This document shows positions 20,701-30,900 of a stretch of DNA of 32,250 bases, piece by piece. The notes under the pieces were generated by a model. It did no database searches and had not been told where the DNA came from. It saw only the letters and a program-made list of their open reading frames with translations. Source of the stretch: Myxococcota bacterium. Its GTDB lineage: Bacteria > Myxococcota_A > UBA9042 > PHBI01 > JAWLBL01. A program made the position numbers and the translations under genes. The DNA lies in the NCBI GenBank assembly GCA_041687695.1, contig JAWLBL010000045.1:1-32250 (forward strand). Reading direction: 5' to 3'. The stretch's first letter is position 1. Every line of letters begins with the position of its first letter.

Positions 20701-22620
20701 CGGGTCGTCCCCACCCGAGGGCAGCTGGCGCAGGTTGGCCAGCACCGCCCAGCGTTCGAGGCCCACCAGGCCCGCGGGGCCGTTGCGCTCGCCGAGCGAT
20801 CCCGGCAGCCGATAGGTCGTCAGCGCGCGGCCGGCGGTCTGCAGGGCCTCGGGCAGGTCGAAGGCCTGGTCGTCGTGGCTCGCGTCCACCGCGAAGATGC
20901 GCACCTCGGCGCGCTGCACCTCGCCGCGCACGATGCGACTGGGCAGGGGGAAGGCGCGCTCGACCGTCACGGCGGCCGAGACTTCGTCGTGGCGACAGGC
21001 CGTGAGCGGGATGAGCGGGACCTGCGCGTCCCGGCGCAAAGGGGCGAGCAGCGCGTGGGCGAAGCGGTCGAAGACCTTCCCCGATTGATGAGGAGCCAAC
21101 AAGTCGAGCCAGGCGACGGTGGCCTCCCAGAAGGCATCGTAGACGGCGCGGGGATACACGCGATCCCCCGAGAAGAAGCCCCGCGCGAGCGCGGCCCAGC
21201 GGTCGGGCTCGAAACGCTTGGGGTTCTCGGACCCCATCTCCTTGGGTCGCTTCTCGGCAAAGAGCAGCCTACGAATGTCGTCCAGCAACGGGCCCCAGGT
21301 AGACAGCTTCTTGGGGTTGAGCCGCGTCCAGAAGGCCGCGTCGACAAGCTCGGGTCCTGGCGCCGTGACATCGGCAGCCGGGATGCGGGTGGGAGCGGGA
21401 AAGCGCGCGCCGACGGCGGCGAAGGCGCCAAGGACGTGCAGCTCGGCCGCCAGGCGGAGCAGAGTGCGGTTGTAAGCCGCGGTCGCGTCCTCGCCCTGCC
21501 AGCTGAGTCCCTTGCGGTCGAGCGTCATCTGGAAGTCGGCGTGGACGTCCAGCCCGGGTGCGACGCGCTGCTGCGACGGGAGGAAGTTGAAGAGCTGGCC
21601 TGGGTCGGTCGCGGGAAGCCACGCGACGGCGACGCCGGGCTGCTCAACGGAGTGGCCGGCGGCTTTGGCCCGCGCGACCAGATCGGGATCGGTGCACTTC
21701 CAGCTGGCGAGCCAGAGCGTCCGCTCGTCACCGTCAGTCGAGGTGCGCCGCGCGCGATCGCCGAGGAGCACTTCGACGCTGAGGGGCGGCCTCTGCTTGC
21801 GGCGACGGTGAACCCCGACGAAGTGCAGTCGGGCTTCGAGCAGCTCCTCGACCGAACCTCGCAGCTCGTCGGCGCCAGCCTCTTCGAGCGGGACCAGGAC
21901 GATGGTGGTCCATAGGTCGAGATCGAGTCGAGGGGCTGAGGGAGCGCCGAGGCGCGGCAGCGGGAAGTAGAAGCTGGGATGTCGGCGATCCTGGGCCGGA
22001 TGGCGAGCGAGGGGCGGGTCGTCGGGCCAGATGCTCGCGATGACCTCGGGATCTGCGGAAGCCATCAGGGCGCTCGGGGTCCCCTCGCGCAGCATCTCGA
22101 GGCCCCACCAGCTCCCGTCGTCCAGGCGGCTCCAGACCTCGACCCGCGACGCGACCGAGAAGACCGAGCGGAAGCCGACGCCCTTGTTGCCGACGCTGTC
22201 GTTCGGGTCCTTGTTCGATGTGCTGAGGGAACACAAGGCCTGGAAGTCGGCGCGGCCTGGTCGGCTGGCGTCTTCGACCCGACCGTCGTAGTCGTGGTCG
22301 GGGGCCACGGTCAGCGGGGCCGCGCCATCGTTGGCGACGACCAGGCAGCCGTCGACCAGCTGCACGAGGACCCGCTGGTGCGCGCGGTCAATGGCGTTTT
22401 GGAGCAGTTCGAAGGCGACGCGTGAGCCGTACTGGCGCTGTACCGACGACTCGCCCCCGAGCTGTTGGCGGATCGTCTCGGCGCCGACTCGCAGGTAGTA
22501 GGCGTGATGGCGGCGAAAGGCTTGTACGACGTCGGCCCACCTCGGCGCTGCGGGCGAGCTGGCGGGGGCTGGAGCCTGGGCGGGTCTGGCCTCGGGGCGC
22601 TCGCGGATGGCGGTCGTCAT
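17749..22620 (-). CDS. Sacsin-like N-terminal GHKL/HATPase protein with C-terminal DUF3883 (NO VEIN-like) PD-(D/E)XK nuclease domain (1623 aa)
   Basis: N-terminus: FELLQNAID, VANDG, ALCSLSTSNK, GNKGVGFRSVF, later HADFQMTLDRK. C-terminus: GDAAERAALEYL, GNAGFDLLG, WETKA and LSLNQ. Confidence 0.85.
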   Translation of the reverse strand: MTTAIRERPEARPAQAPAPASSPAAPRWADVVQAFRRHHAYYLRVGAETIRQQLGGESSVQRQYGSRVAFELLQNAIDRAHQRVLVQLVDGCLVVANDGAAPLTVAPDHDYDGRVEDASRPGRADFQALCSLSTSNKDPNDSVGNKGVGFRSVFSVASRVEVWSRLDDGSWWGLEMLREGTPSALMASADPEVIASIWPDDPPLARHPAQDRRHPSFYFPLPRLGAPSAPRLDLDLWTTIVLVPLEEAGADELRGSVEELLEARLHFVGVHRRRKQRPPLSVEVLLGDRARRTSTDGDERTLWLASWKCTDPDLVARAKAAGHSVEQPGVAVAWLPATDPGQLFNFLPSQQRVAPGLDVHADFQMTLDRKGLSWQGEDATAAYNRTLLRLAAELHVLGAFAAVGARFPAPTRIPAADVTAPGPELVDAAFWTRLNPKKLSTWGPLLDDIRRLLFAEKRPKEMGSENPKRFEPDRWAALARGFFSGDRVYPRAVYDAFWEATVAWLDLLAPHQSGKVFDRFAHALLAPLRRDAQVPLIPLTACRHDEVSAAVTVERAFPLPSRIVRGEVQRAEVRIFAVDASHDDQAFDLPEALQTAGRALTTYRLPGSLGERNGPAGLVGLERWAVLANLRQLPSGGDDPRCWCDPLHQDPRIASDQQRGLIRLAFDLFRRRLGNQNEPPAGQPERYGWGWWLREPDASDARGAGRALGTLFLPTTDDHWEPARQLTLANVRVEALGLPDADAKLVTAFLAFLGVTPLSERLPSGARLVLVEGADDGLVPPLASPPALYFRSPGGHVATPPAALATLGRPPGAWLHPLLHELRPWLRALLDVPGVREPLATWPWVPTSLAHPDGERAARPLPSPAAFGPPREALAPREIVVLPSSSRLFHVVWGFARPPHASKLRREFLSWLIELGAADGLEQSDLRHGDAARAIALLQAARGLDLTRLQQRPEARTALIELMGPLVEAISSAAGAHCAPLPMLAWVGADDARSFASRELAWRLPDDLVFATDGGDRERLRRHFPRLTVATADVAQRGDSVPTWVQSRTIKFDEALDPGAESVPSKASEVRVRLERLLPSLFALAEATRIPVPLPEQCADRWRGLRLRQVERLTLHMRLTVPDGRLDTKDTTPRVAMSRPDRGKDESSIDAYFVAEAADVDLEPFADLLADWVLGNRQLTPVLAQALGWVDRDRDTKALDARLEREAAVVLKGPYERALQPLPGPQLARLRQALLDTLARCGLAPRVAFDPSGWPQRLVPDDLVALPGATEEADQADEQTLTAGLARHPDALECARFLPVFDFHSAHREAWGRWKQLHRRALLALLDAYTEDGGAGLADLDHHVGPRLQRWRFEPAAVTHAWLRSKEGDRAPRSAEALQAWLHDWRPVHFDPVTRLSTYDGAPPPSLVAPDDRGQEKVLTPATTEHYLRRAAVQAEAGDAAERAALEYLAKRTHELLTASRHAGRLDEAIAVLLQAVPTRSRTADALDEALTMWTKTPAPESLKSGLHVSKRWGNAGFDLLGLAEDGAALQAVCWETKAITEARGLWSVHLSLNQITSFRRSAHGAGRRASWRLVGVLKEGRAVDLTARLGALVAEGPDTPLGQLRAQGLECDSLVVWLTPQP

Positions 22621-22626
22621 TTCGGC

Positions 22627-25338
22627 TCAGGAAGAAGGGGTCAGGGGGACGGTGAAGCGGACCGGCAGGCGCTTGGGCAGCTCGGCGGAGGCGTCGACGC
22701 CGTAGACCTGCTTGATGAGGTTGGTCGCGCCCTCGGTGTCGATGCCGCCGACATCGACCACCATCTGCACCAGCGCCGGGCCGCCGATCTCGCCGTCGAG
22801 GGTGGCCGAGGTGAGGGTGGCCGGGGCGCCGGGGGCGGTGGCGGCGGTGACCGTCAGGTCCAGGACGTCCAAAGTGCCCATGGGGGCGCCGGCGCCGTCG
22901 AAGACCAGCAGGGTCCAGGTGGCGGTGGTGCCGGTCCAGGCGTCGCCGTCGAGGGTGGCGACCAGTTCGAAGGCGCCGTCCGGGTCCGGCAGGTCGTTGT
23001 CGTTGTGGTCCTGGGCGCCCACCAGGGTGGCGACGCCGGTCGCCGGGTCGCCCAGCAGGCCGAAGAGCAGGCGGGGCATGAAGCTGCCCAGCACCGCCGC
23101 GGCCACCGGGTCCGAGGGCGCCTCCATCACGATGGCGTCGCGGGCGCCGACGAAGACCTGGGCCGGGGCGGTGGCCCAGCCCTCGGCGGCCGTGCCGAAG
23201 ACCTGCCCGACCAGCAACTCGAGCTGCGCGTCGCGGCGGGTCCAGAAGTAGCCAGAGTGGGTCTCGTAGAGGTAGCCGAAGGGGTAGGAGGTCAGCGACT
23301 CGGGCTTGGGCCGGGTCAAGAGCTCCGGCGAGTAGCGGTAGTCGGCCTCCATGGCGACCAGCTTGGGCAGGACGGCGGCGCTGATCGCCTGCGCGTCGGC
23401 CAGAAAGCCTTCGGCCTTGGCGAGGGCGGCGTCGCGGACGGCCTCGTCGGCCTGCTCGCCCTCTTCGCGCTGCTCGCGGGCCCACTCGCGGGCCGCCGCG
23501 GCGCCCTGGTACAGGGCGACGGCGTGCTCGATGCGCTGCACGTACACGTCCAGCGACACGCGCGCTTCGCGGTACAGGCGCGTCTGCTGCGGGGTGCCCC
23601 CCTCGAGGGCGTCGGGCAGCCCCTCGAGCGCCTGCGCGTACTCGCCGCGCATCTTCTGCAGCTGGGCCAGATCCCCGGCCTGCCAGGCGGCGAACTCGGC
23701 GTCGCTCATGGCGACCAGCTTGGTGAAGGCCAGCTTGGGCCGCCGCGCCAGGATGCCCGCCTTCTCGCCGATCTCGTCCTGGGGCAGCTCGCCGGCCAGA
23801 TAGAAGTAGATGAGCGGCGACTCCTCGTAGAAGTGCCGCCGCTGCAGCTCGGTGAAGGCCTGCAGGGCGTCGGCCATCGCCGGCCCGGCGTCGCCGTACA
23901 GCGGCGCAATCTCGTCGAGATAGGCGCGCCAGGTCAGATCGCGGTCCCAGGTGACCCGGGTCAAATAGTGGTCGTATTGCCAGTAGGTCCACTCGCGGCC
24001 CGAGGTGAAGGTGACGTGGCCCGAGACGTCCCAGGCGGGCAGGACGCGCTGGATGTCGTGCTCGCGCGACCAGCCGGTGATGGGCAGGACCAGCGGCAGG
24101 TTGTTGTCGAAGCCCAGCCACCAGGCGGTCTCGGGGAAGAAGACCAGCTCGCGCTGCCCGTCGGCGGCCTCGAAGAAGTCCTTCTGGTGCGAAAAATCCT
24201 CGCAGTCGTAGACCGGCGCCGGGTGGTCCAGCGTGTAGAACATGGTGGTGTGGACGAAGGCGCCCAGATCCGGGTGGGCCTGCAGGGGCAGGTGATAGAA
24301 CTTGCCGCCGGCCTCGGTCTCGAGCGAGCAGGTGGTGTGGATCCAGGCGAAGGGGACGACCCCGGGGTGCTGGTCCCAGATGTGATCGACCGCAAGGTTG
24401 AGCCAGCTCAGGACCTGGGCCTCGTCGGGCTTGGTGAACTCGCTGGTGCCGATCTGCAGCCCCACGTGGTCGAAGCCGGCGGCCAGCAGGGTGTCGAGGG
24501 CGTCGCGGATCTGCTGCTCGGCGGGGACGGGCTGGCCGTCCGCGTCGACGACGTCCTCGCGCACCATCTTGAAGGCGTTCTGCTGCTGGTCGACGAAGCC
24601 GATGACCAGGCCCACGTGGATGCCGCGGGCGTCGGCCTCGGCGTTGAAGTCGGCGGCGTAGGGCACCCAGGCGTCCAGATCCACCGTCTTGAGCATGTGG
24701 AAGAACAGGGTGTTCTGCCGGTTGCGCTGCAGCCACCGCAGGTAGTTCGTAAGGTGGGCGCGGAAGTCGTCGCGGCCGGGGCGCAAGAGGAAGTCGCTGA
24801 GCACGATGGGGTGCTGGGTGTGCTCGTGGAAGCCGCGGCGCGCGAAGTCGGGCAGGACCGGGGCGCCGTCGTAGTCGCGCGGCAAGCCGCCTTCGGGGCG
24901 GGCGGCGCTGGCCGGGAAGAAGGTCTCCTCGGGGTGCAGGTAGCGCACGCCGAGATCGTGCGCCAGGTGGTACAGGCCGTAGCTGGCGCCGGTCTCGGTG
25001 GCGGCGACGACCGAGACACCCTTGGCCTCGCGCACCAGCCGGTAACCCTCGTCGCCCAGCTCGGCGTCGCCCGCGTCCACCCGGGCCTCGACCACGCAGG
25101 CGGCCCCGCCGGGGGCGGCCCCGCTCGACAGCGCGCGCGGCGCCTCGGCCCCGCCCAGGCGGGCCAGCGCGTCCAGGAGATCCTCGCCAGCGTCGGTGAG
25201 CCCCAGCCCGGCGCCCGCCGGCACGACCACCTCGACCCGGTCCAGCCGCCCGCACACCGGCTCGGCGGTCGACTCGCCGCACGCCGCCAGCCCCGCGACC
25301 AGCGTCGCCCCCATCCCGACCCACGCCCACGCCCGCAT
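22627..25338 (-). CDS. Large lipoprotein with GH20/GH67-like N-terminal domain and probable TIM-barrel catalytic domain (903 aa)
   Basis: AGGAGG RBS; lipobox LAAC; DEGYRL...VVAATETGASYGLYHL...P.FARRGF pattern typical of hexosaminidase-like domain 2 leading into a barrel. Substrate unknown. Confidence 0.7.
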   Translation of the reverse strand: MRAWAWVGMGATLVAGLAACGESTAEPVCGRLDRVEVVVPAGAGLGLTDAGEDLLDALARLGGAEAPRALSSGAAPGGAACVVEARVDAGDAELGDEGYRLVREAKGVSVVAATETGASYGLYHLAHDLGVRYLHPEETFFPASAARPEGGLPRDYDGAPVLPDFARRGFHEHTQHPIVLSDFLLRPGRDDFRAHLTNYLRWLQRNRQNTLFFHMLKTVDLDAWVPYAADFNAEADARGIHVGLVIGFVDQQQNAFKMVREDVVDADGQPVPAEQQIRDALDTLLAAGFDHVGLQIGTSEFTKPDEAQVLSWLNLAVDHIWDQHPGVVPFAWIHTTCSLETEAGGKFYHLPLQAHPDLGAFVHTTMFYTLDHPAPVYDCEDFSHQKDFFEAADGQRELVFFPETAWWLGFDNNLPLVLPITGWSREHDIQRVLPAWDVSGHVTFTSGREWTYWQYDHYLTRVTWDRDLTWRAYLDEIAPLYGDAGPAMADALQAFTELQRRHFYEESPLIYFYLAGELPQDEIGEKAGILARRPKLAFTKLVAMSDAEFAAWQAGDLAQLQKMRGEYAQALEGLPDALEGGTPQQTRLYREARVSLDVYVQRIEHAVALYQGAAAAREWAREQREEGEQADEAVRDAALAKAEGFLADAQAISAAVLPKLVAMEADYRYSPELLTRPKPESLTSYPFGYLYETHSGYFWTRRDAQLELLVGQVFGTAAEGWATAPAQVFVGARDAIVMEAPSDPVAAAVLGSFMPRLLFGLLGDPATGVATLVGAQDHNDNDLPDPDGAFELVATLDGDAWTGTTATWTLLVFDGAGAPMGTLDVLDLTVTAATAPGAPATLTSATLDGEIGGPALVQMVVDVGGIDTEGATNLIKQVYGVDASAELPKRLPVRFTVPLTPSS

Positions 25339-25470
25339 GCCCGCCTCCTGGTCCAGTCGCGGCAGGGTTATGGCGGCGCGTCGGCGGTCGTGTCCAGCGA
25401 CGCCCCCACGCCGCGCGAAACCGCCTCGCCCCCTTGAATCCCCCGGCGGCGGGCCGACCCTCAGCCGACC

Positions 25471-25935
25471 ATGTTCAAACGCGACATCCTCCTGCGCATC
25501 ATCGAACAGATCGTCCGCGTCCTCGCGCGCATGCTGAAGCTGCGCGACGCTGGCCGCTACGAGGAGGGGCTCGCCCTGGCGGCCGAGACCTACCGCGAGG
25601 ACTTCGGCCTCGATCCGCTTTACGTCGATGTCATGGACTCCGAGAAGCTGGCCGAGATGCTGGGCGAGTACGCCACCATCCGCGCGCTGGCGCAGGTCGT
25701 GACCGTCGAGGCCGAGCTGCTGGCACTGAGCGGGGACCCGGTGCGCGCGGCCGGCAAGCGTCGGCGGGCGCTAGAGCTGTGCCTGGAGGCCTGGATGCGG
25801 CGCCAGCCGGACGCCGAGCCCGACGAGGATCTCCTGGACGGCGTCCGGGGGCTGCTGGGCGAGGTGGGCGCCCAGTCGCTGGCGGACAAGTACCGGCCGC
25901 TCGCGCAGGCGCTGGCCGGCCAGGAAACTGTCTAG
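25471..25935 (+). CDS. Helical hypothetical protein, DUF6483-like
   Basis: N-terminus MFKRDILLRIIEQIVRVLARML recalls DUF6483 proteins; TPR-like helices. Confidence 0.7.
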   Translation: MFKRDILLRIIEQIVRVLARMLKLRDAGRYEEGLALAAETYREDFGLDPLYVDVMDSEKLAEMLGEYATIRALAQVVTVEAELLALSGDPVRAAGKRRRALELCLEAWMRRQPDAEPDEDLLDGVRGLLGEVGAQSLADKYRPLAQALAGQETV

Positions 25936-25963
25936 GACCATGGGGCCGTGTTAAGCCGCGGCC

Positions 25964-27271
25964 ATGTTCGAGCGGCTGTTTTCGCTGGTCGGCCTCGCGG
26001 CCATCCTGGGCCTGTGCTGGCTGGTGTCGACCGACCGCCGGGCGGTCCGCTGGCGGCCCGTCCTGTGGGGCGTCGGCCTGCAGCTGGTCATCGGCGCCAT
26101 CGTGCTGGCCCCCGAGGTGGGCCAGATCCTGTTCGCCTCGGTCGACGCGGGCGTCAACAAGCTGCTGAGCTTCGCCGAGGAGGGCAGCGCCTTCGTCTTC
26201 CAGACGGTCGAGGCCCACCAGGTGACCGTGCTCACCGAGGCCGGCCCCGAGGTGCGCACCTTCGCCGGCACCATCTCGCCGCCGCTCAAGTCCATCGCCT
26301 TCTGGGTGCTGCCGACGGTCATCTTCTTCTCGGCCCTGATGGCGGTCCTGTACCACTACGGGATCATGCAGCGCTTCGTCGCGGTCTTCGCCCGGCTGAT
26401 GCAGCGGACCATGGGCACCAGCGGCGCCGAGAGCCTGTCGGCCGCCGCCAACATCTTCGTCGGGCAGACCGAGGCCCCGCTGGTGGTCAAGCCGTTCGTC
26501 GGCGCGATGACCCGCAGCGAGCTGCACGCCGTGATGGTCGCCGGCTTCGCCACCGTGGCGGGCGGCGTGATGGCCCTTTACGTCAAGTTCCTGTCGGGCA
26601 TCGAGGGCATCGCCGGCCACCTGGTCACGGCCTCGCTGATGAGCGCCCCGGCGGCGCTGGCGGTGGCGAAGCTGCTGGTCCCCGAGACCGAGACCCCCGA
26701 GACCATGGGGCGGCTGCACCTGGGCGACGACGACCGCAAGACCCGCCCGGACGTCAACGGCCTGGACGCCTTGAGCCGCGGCACCCTGGAGGGGCTGACC
26801 CTGGCGCTGAACATCGGCGCGATGCTGCTGGTGTTCATCGCGGTCATCGCGCTGGTCAACAGCCTGCTGGCGGTGGTGGGGGATCTTGTCGGCGCGACCC
26901 TGTCGCTGCAGCAGCTGCTGGGCTGGCTGTTCTGGCCGTTTGCGCTCTTGATGGGGGTGCCGGCCGAGGAGGCGAGCCAGGTCGGGATGCTGCTGGGCGA
27001 GAAGCTGGTGCTGACGGAGCTGGTCGCCTTCATCCACCTGGGCGAGCTGCAGGCCTCGGACGCCGCGCTGTCGCCGCGCACGGCGGTCATCGCGTCGTAC
27101 GCCCTGTGCGGCTTCGCCAACTTCGCCAGCATCGGCATCCAGCTCGGCGGCATCGGCGGCATGGCCCCGGCCCGCCGCGGCGATCTGGCGCGTCTGGGCC
27201 TGCGCGCGATGTGGGGCGGCACCCTGGCGACGATGATGACGGGCGCGGTGGCGGGGCTGCTGTACCGGTGA
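25964..27271 (+). CDS. nupC: Concentrative nucleoside transporter (CNT/NupC family)
   Basis: VLPTVIFFSALMAVLYH, GTSGAESLSAAANIFVGQTEAPL, GFATVAGG and YALCGFANFASIGIQLGG. Confidence 0.95.
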   Translation: MFERLFSLVGLAAILGLCWLVSTDRRAVRWRPVLWGVGLQLVIGAIVLAPEVGQILFASVDAGVNKLLSFAEEGSAFVFQTVEAHQVTVLTEAGPEVRTFAGTISPPLKSIAFWVLPTVIFFSALMAVLYHYGIMQRFVAVFARLMQRTMGTSGAESLSAAANIFVGQTEAPLVVKPFVGAMTRSELHAVMVAGFATVAGGVMALYVKFLSGIEGIAGHLVTASLMSAPAALAVAKLLVPETETPETMGRLHLGDDDRKTRPDVNGLDALSRGTLEGLTLALNIGAMLLVFIAVIALVNSLLAVVGDLVGATLSLQQLLGWLFWPFALLMGVPAEEASQVGMLLGEKLVLTELVAFIHLGELQASDAALSPRTAVIASYALCGFANFASIGIQLGGIGGMAPARRGDLARLGLRAMWGGTLATMMTGAVAGLLYR

Positions 27272-27322
27272 GGTGCTTAGGGTTGCCTGGCGCACCCGCC
27301 TCACCCCCGCAAGGAGCACGCC

Positions 27323-27901
27323 ATGGCCGAGCTCACCCCGCACACGCCCAGCCCGGGCGACCGACCCGTCCCCGGCGCGCCGCAGCCGAGCCGCGCCGCC
27401 ATCAAGGGCCACCCCATCCATCCGATGCTGGTCGCCTTCCCCATCGTCTGCCTGGTCCTCGCCTTCGCCACCGACATCGGCTTCGTCTCGACGGGCGACG
27501 GTGCCTGGACCCAGGCCTCGACCTGGCTGCTGGGCGTCGGCGTCGTCACGGGCCTGCTGGCCGCCATCTTCGGCGTCATCGACTTCGTCTCGATCAAGGC
27601 GGCCCGCGAGCACCACGCCGGATGGGTCCACGCCGCCGGCAACGTCGTCGTGATGCTCATCGCGCTGGTCAATTGGCTGATGCGGCTGGACGACCCGGTC
27701 AGCGCCGCGTGGCCCCTGGGCACCATCTTGTCGGGCGCCACGGCGCTGCTGCTGGTGGTCACCGGCTGGTACGGCGGCGAGCTGTCGTATCGGCACAAGA
27801 TCGGCGTCATGCCCAGCCCCGACTACGCGACCGACCGCGAGCCCGAGCCGGAGCGCCAGCGCGAGCCCGGCCCGCCCGGGCGCGAACCCATCGAGGCCTG
27901 A
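27323..27901 (+). CDS. DUF2231-like membrane protein
   Basis: AAGGAG RBS; GHPIHPMLVAFP...GWVHAAGN...GWYGGELSYRH.GV with four TM segments. Confidence 0.88.
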   Translation: MAELTPHTPSPGDRPVPGAPQPSRAAIKGHPIHPMLVAFPIVCLVLAFATDIGFVSTGDGAWTQASTWLLGVGVVTGLLAAIFGVIDFVSIKAAREHHAGWVHAAGNVVVMLIALVNWLMRLDDPVSAAWPLGTILSGATALLLVVTGWYGGELSYRHKIGVMPSPDYATDREPEPERQREPGPPGREPIEA

Positions 27902-27994
27902 GAGGGGCCGCGCCGCCCGGGTTTCGATCCCAAAGCCCTGTTCCCGACTGACGCGTTCTGGTAGGAAGGCGCGCGTCTCAGCGGGAGCAGGTGC

Positions 27995-30900
27995 ATGCGT
28001 CGTTCATCCATTCGTTACGCGGGTTTCGCGGTTGTGTTGGCGTCCCTGGTGGCCTGTGGCTCACCGGGCTCGTCGCCCGTGGGGCCGCTGCCCGACACCA
28101 TCGACGGGGACGTCCCTGGCGACGTGCCCAAGGCCGACGGCGAGGGGCCGGACGGCCACGAGGGCGACGAGGGGCCGCTGCCGGACGGCCACCTCCCCGA
28201 TGGTGACGAAGGCGACGAGGGCCAGCTGCCCGACGGCGAGCTGCCCGACGGCGACGAGGGCGACGAGGGCCAGCTGCCCGACGGCGACGTCGGCCCGGAC
28301 CCCGACGGCACCAACGACACCGACGACGGCGGCCCCATCGTGCCGGTCGGCTGCGAGCCGCTGGCGCCCATCGCGGGTGGCGACACCTGCGCGGTGACCG
28401 AGGGCGACCCCGAGGTGCTGCTCATCCAGGGCGACCTGGTGCTGCCCAACGGCATCCAGGAGGCCGGGCAGCTGCTGGTCGTCGACGGCAACATCGCCTG
28501 CGTCGGCTGCGACTGCGCCGCCGACCCGCAGGCCGCGGGCGCCACGGTCATCACCTGCCCGAAGGGCGTGGTCTCGCCGGGCCTCGTCAACGCCCACGAC
28601 CACATCACCTTCGCCGAGATGAAGCCGGTCCCGCACACCAGCCGCTACGACCACCGGCACGAGTGGCGCACCGGCGCGAACGGCAAGCAGAAGCTGTCGA
28701 CCAGCCAGAACAAGCACGCCAAGGGCGATGGCTGGGGCGAGATGCGGCAGGTCATGGCCGGCACGACGAGCCTGTTCGGCTCGGGCGGCGAGGGCGGCTT
28801 CCTGCGCAACCTGGACGTGGCCGCGCGGCTCGAGGGCCTCAGCCACGGCACGGCGGACTACAGCACGTTCCCGCTGGGCGACTCGAACGGCACGATGCTG
28901 ACGACCGGCTGCAACTACCCCAAGTTCGACCAGCCCGGCACCGTGCTGAAGAACGTGGCCTACGTGCCGCACGTCTCCGAGGGCATCAACACGGCGGCGC
29001 GCAACGAGTTCCTGTGCCTGTCCGGCATCCAGGCGGGCGGTCAGGACCTGACCGAGCCCAACAGCGCCTTCATCCACGGCATCGGCCTGCGCACCGAGGA
29101 CATCGGGCTGCTGGCGGCCGAGGGGACCGGCCTCGTGTGGTCGCCGCGCTCGAACACCGATCTGTACGGCATGACCGCCGACGTGCCCATCTATCACCGC
29201 CTGGGCGCGATGATCGCCCTGGGCACCGACTGGACGGCCTCGGGGTCGGTCCACATCCTGCGCGAGCTGTCCTGCGCCGAGGAGTGGAACGACGTCTACT
29301 GGGGCGGCTACTTCTCGGACGCGCAGCTGGTCGCGATGGTCACCCACTGGGCGGCCGAGCTGCTGGGCTTCGCGGACGTGCTGGGCGCGCTGGTGCCGGG
29401 CAAGGTGGCGGACGTCACCATCTGGGACGGGGCGATGAACGACGGCTACCGCGCCATCCTCGACGCCGGCGTCCAGGACACGGTGCTGGTGCTGCGCGGC
29501 GGGCTGGCGCTGTACGGCGACGCGAACCTGATGGCGGCGCTGACCGGGCCCGGTGACTGCGACGCGCTGGACGTGTGCGGGCGCGACAAGCAGCTGTGCA
29601 CGCCGCGCGAGTTGGGGATGACGACCAACCAGCTGCAGAGCGAGCTCGGCTCGAACGTGTACGGCCTGTTCTTCTGCGGTCAGCCCACCAACGAGCCCAG
29701 CTGCCTGCCCTCGCGGCCCGGCGAGTACAGCGGCCTGCCGACCGCGGGCGACGCGGACGGCGACGGCATCCCGGACGCGCAGGACAACTGCCCGGATCTG
29801 TTCAACCCCGACCGTCCGGTCGACAACTTCGTCCAGGTGGACACCGACGGAGACGGGCTGGGCGACGTGTGCGACCCGTGCCCGCTCGACGCGAACACGA
29901 CCGCCTGCTCGTCGGTCGATCCCGAGGACGTCGACGGCGACGGCTACGGCAACGCGCTGGACAACTGCCCGGGCGTGGCCAACCCCGACCAGCTCGACAG
30001 CGACGGCGACGGCAAGGGCGACGCCTGCGACGCCTGCCCGGACGACTACAACCCGGCCGGCCAGGCGTGCCCGGCCAGCATCTACGACGTCAAGAAGGGC
30101 GTGGTCCCGGTGGGCGCGGCCGTGATGATCCCCAGCGCCATCGTGACGGCGGCCAAGAGCGGCGACTTCTTCATCCAGGTCTCGCCGGCGGACACCGAGG
30201 GCTACCAGGGCCCCGAGTTCTCGGGCCTGTACGTGTTCGGCGCCGGGGCGGCCAACACCCCGCCGGTGGGCGCGCGGGTGCGGGTCAACGGCGTGGTGGC
30301 CGACTACTTCGGGCAGATCCAGCTGAACAGCCCGACGGTCGAGGTGCTCGAGGCGGCCGCGGGCGTGCCGGCGCCGCTGGTCATCGACCCGGCCGACGCG
30401 GCGCCGGGCGGGGCCAAGGAGGCCGCCTACGAGGCGCTGCTGGTGCAGGTGCAGGACGTCGAAGTGCTGGACACGACGCCGGCCGGGCAGACCGGCGAGA
30501 CGGTGGTCGGCGAGTTCCTGGTGACGGGCAACCTGTCGGTGGACGACTACCTTTACCTGCTCGATCCGATGCCGGCCGAGGGCGCGGTGCTGCCCGGGCT
30601 GACCGGCGTGCTGCGCTACAACTGGGAGCGCAACAAGCTGCTGCCGCGCTCGGCCGACGACGTGCTGCTGGGGCCGCCGAGCCTGTTGGCCTTCGGCCCG
30701 GACGAGGTGTTCCTGTACGAGGGGCAGGAGGGGGCGACCGCGCCGGCGCTGACGGTGACGCTCAGCTGGGAGGCGCTGGAGGACACGTTCGTGGCGGTGA
30801 CGCCGACCGAGCTGGTCGCGGGCGGGGGCGTGACCGTGCCCGCCGGGCAGAGCCAGGCGACGGTGCTGGTGGCCAGCGGGCTGCCGGTGGGGACGACCAC

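Noticed and set aside
12966..22626. Prophage or integrative element explanation for the island
   Set aside because: No integrase, transposase, tRNA, att-like direct repeat or phage structural gene was recognised in the window.
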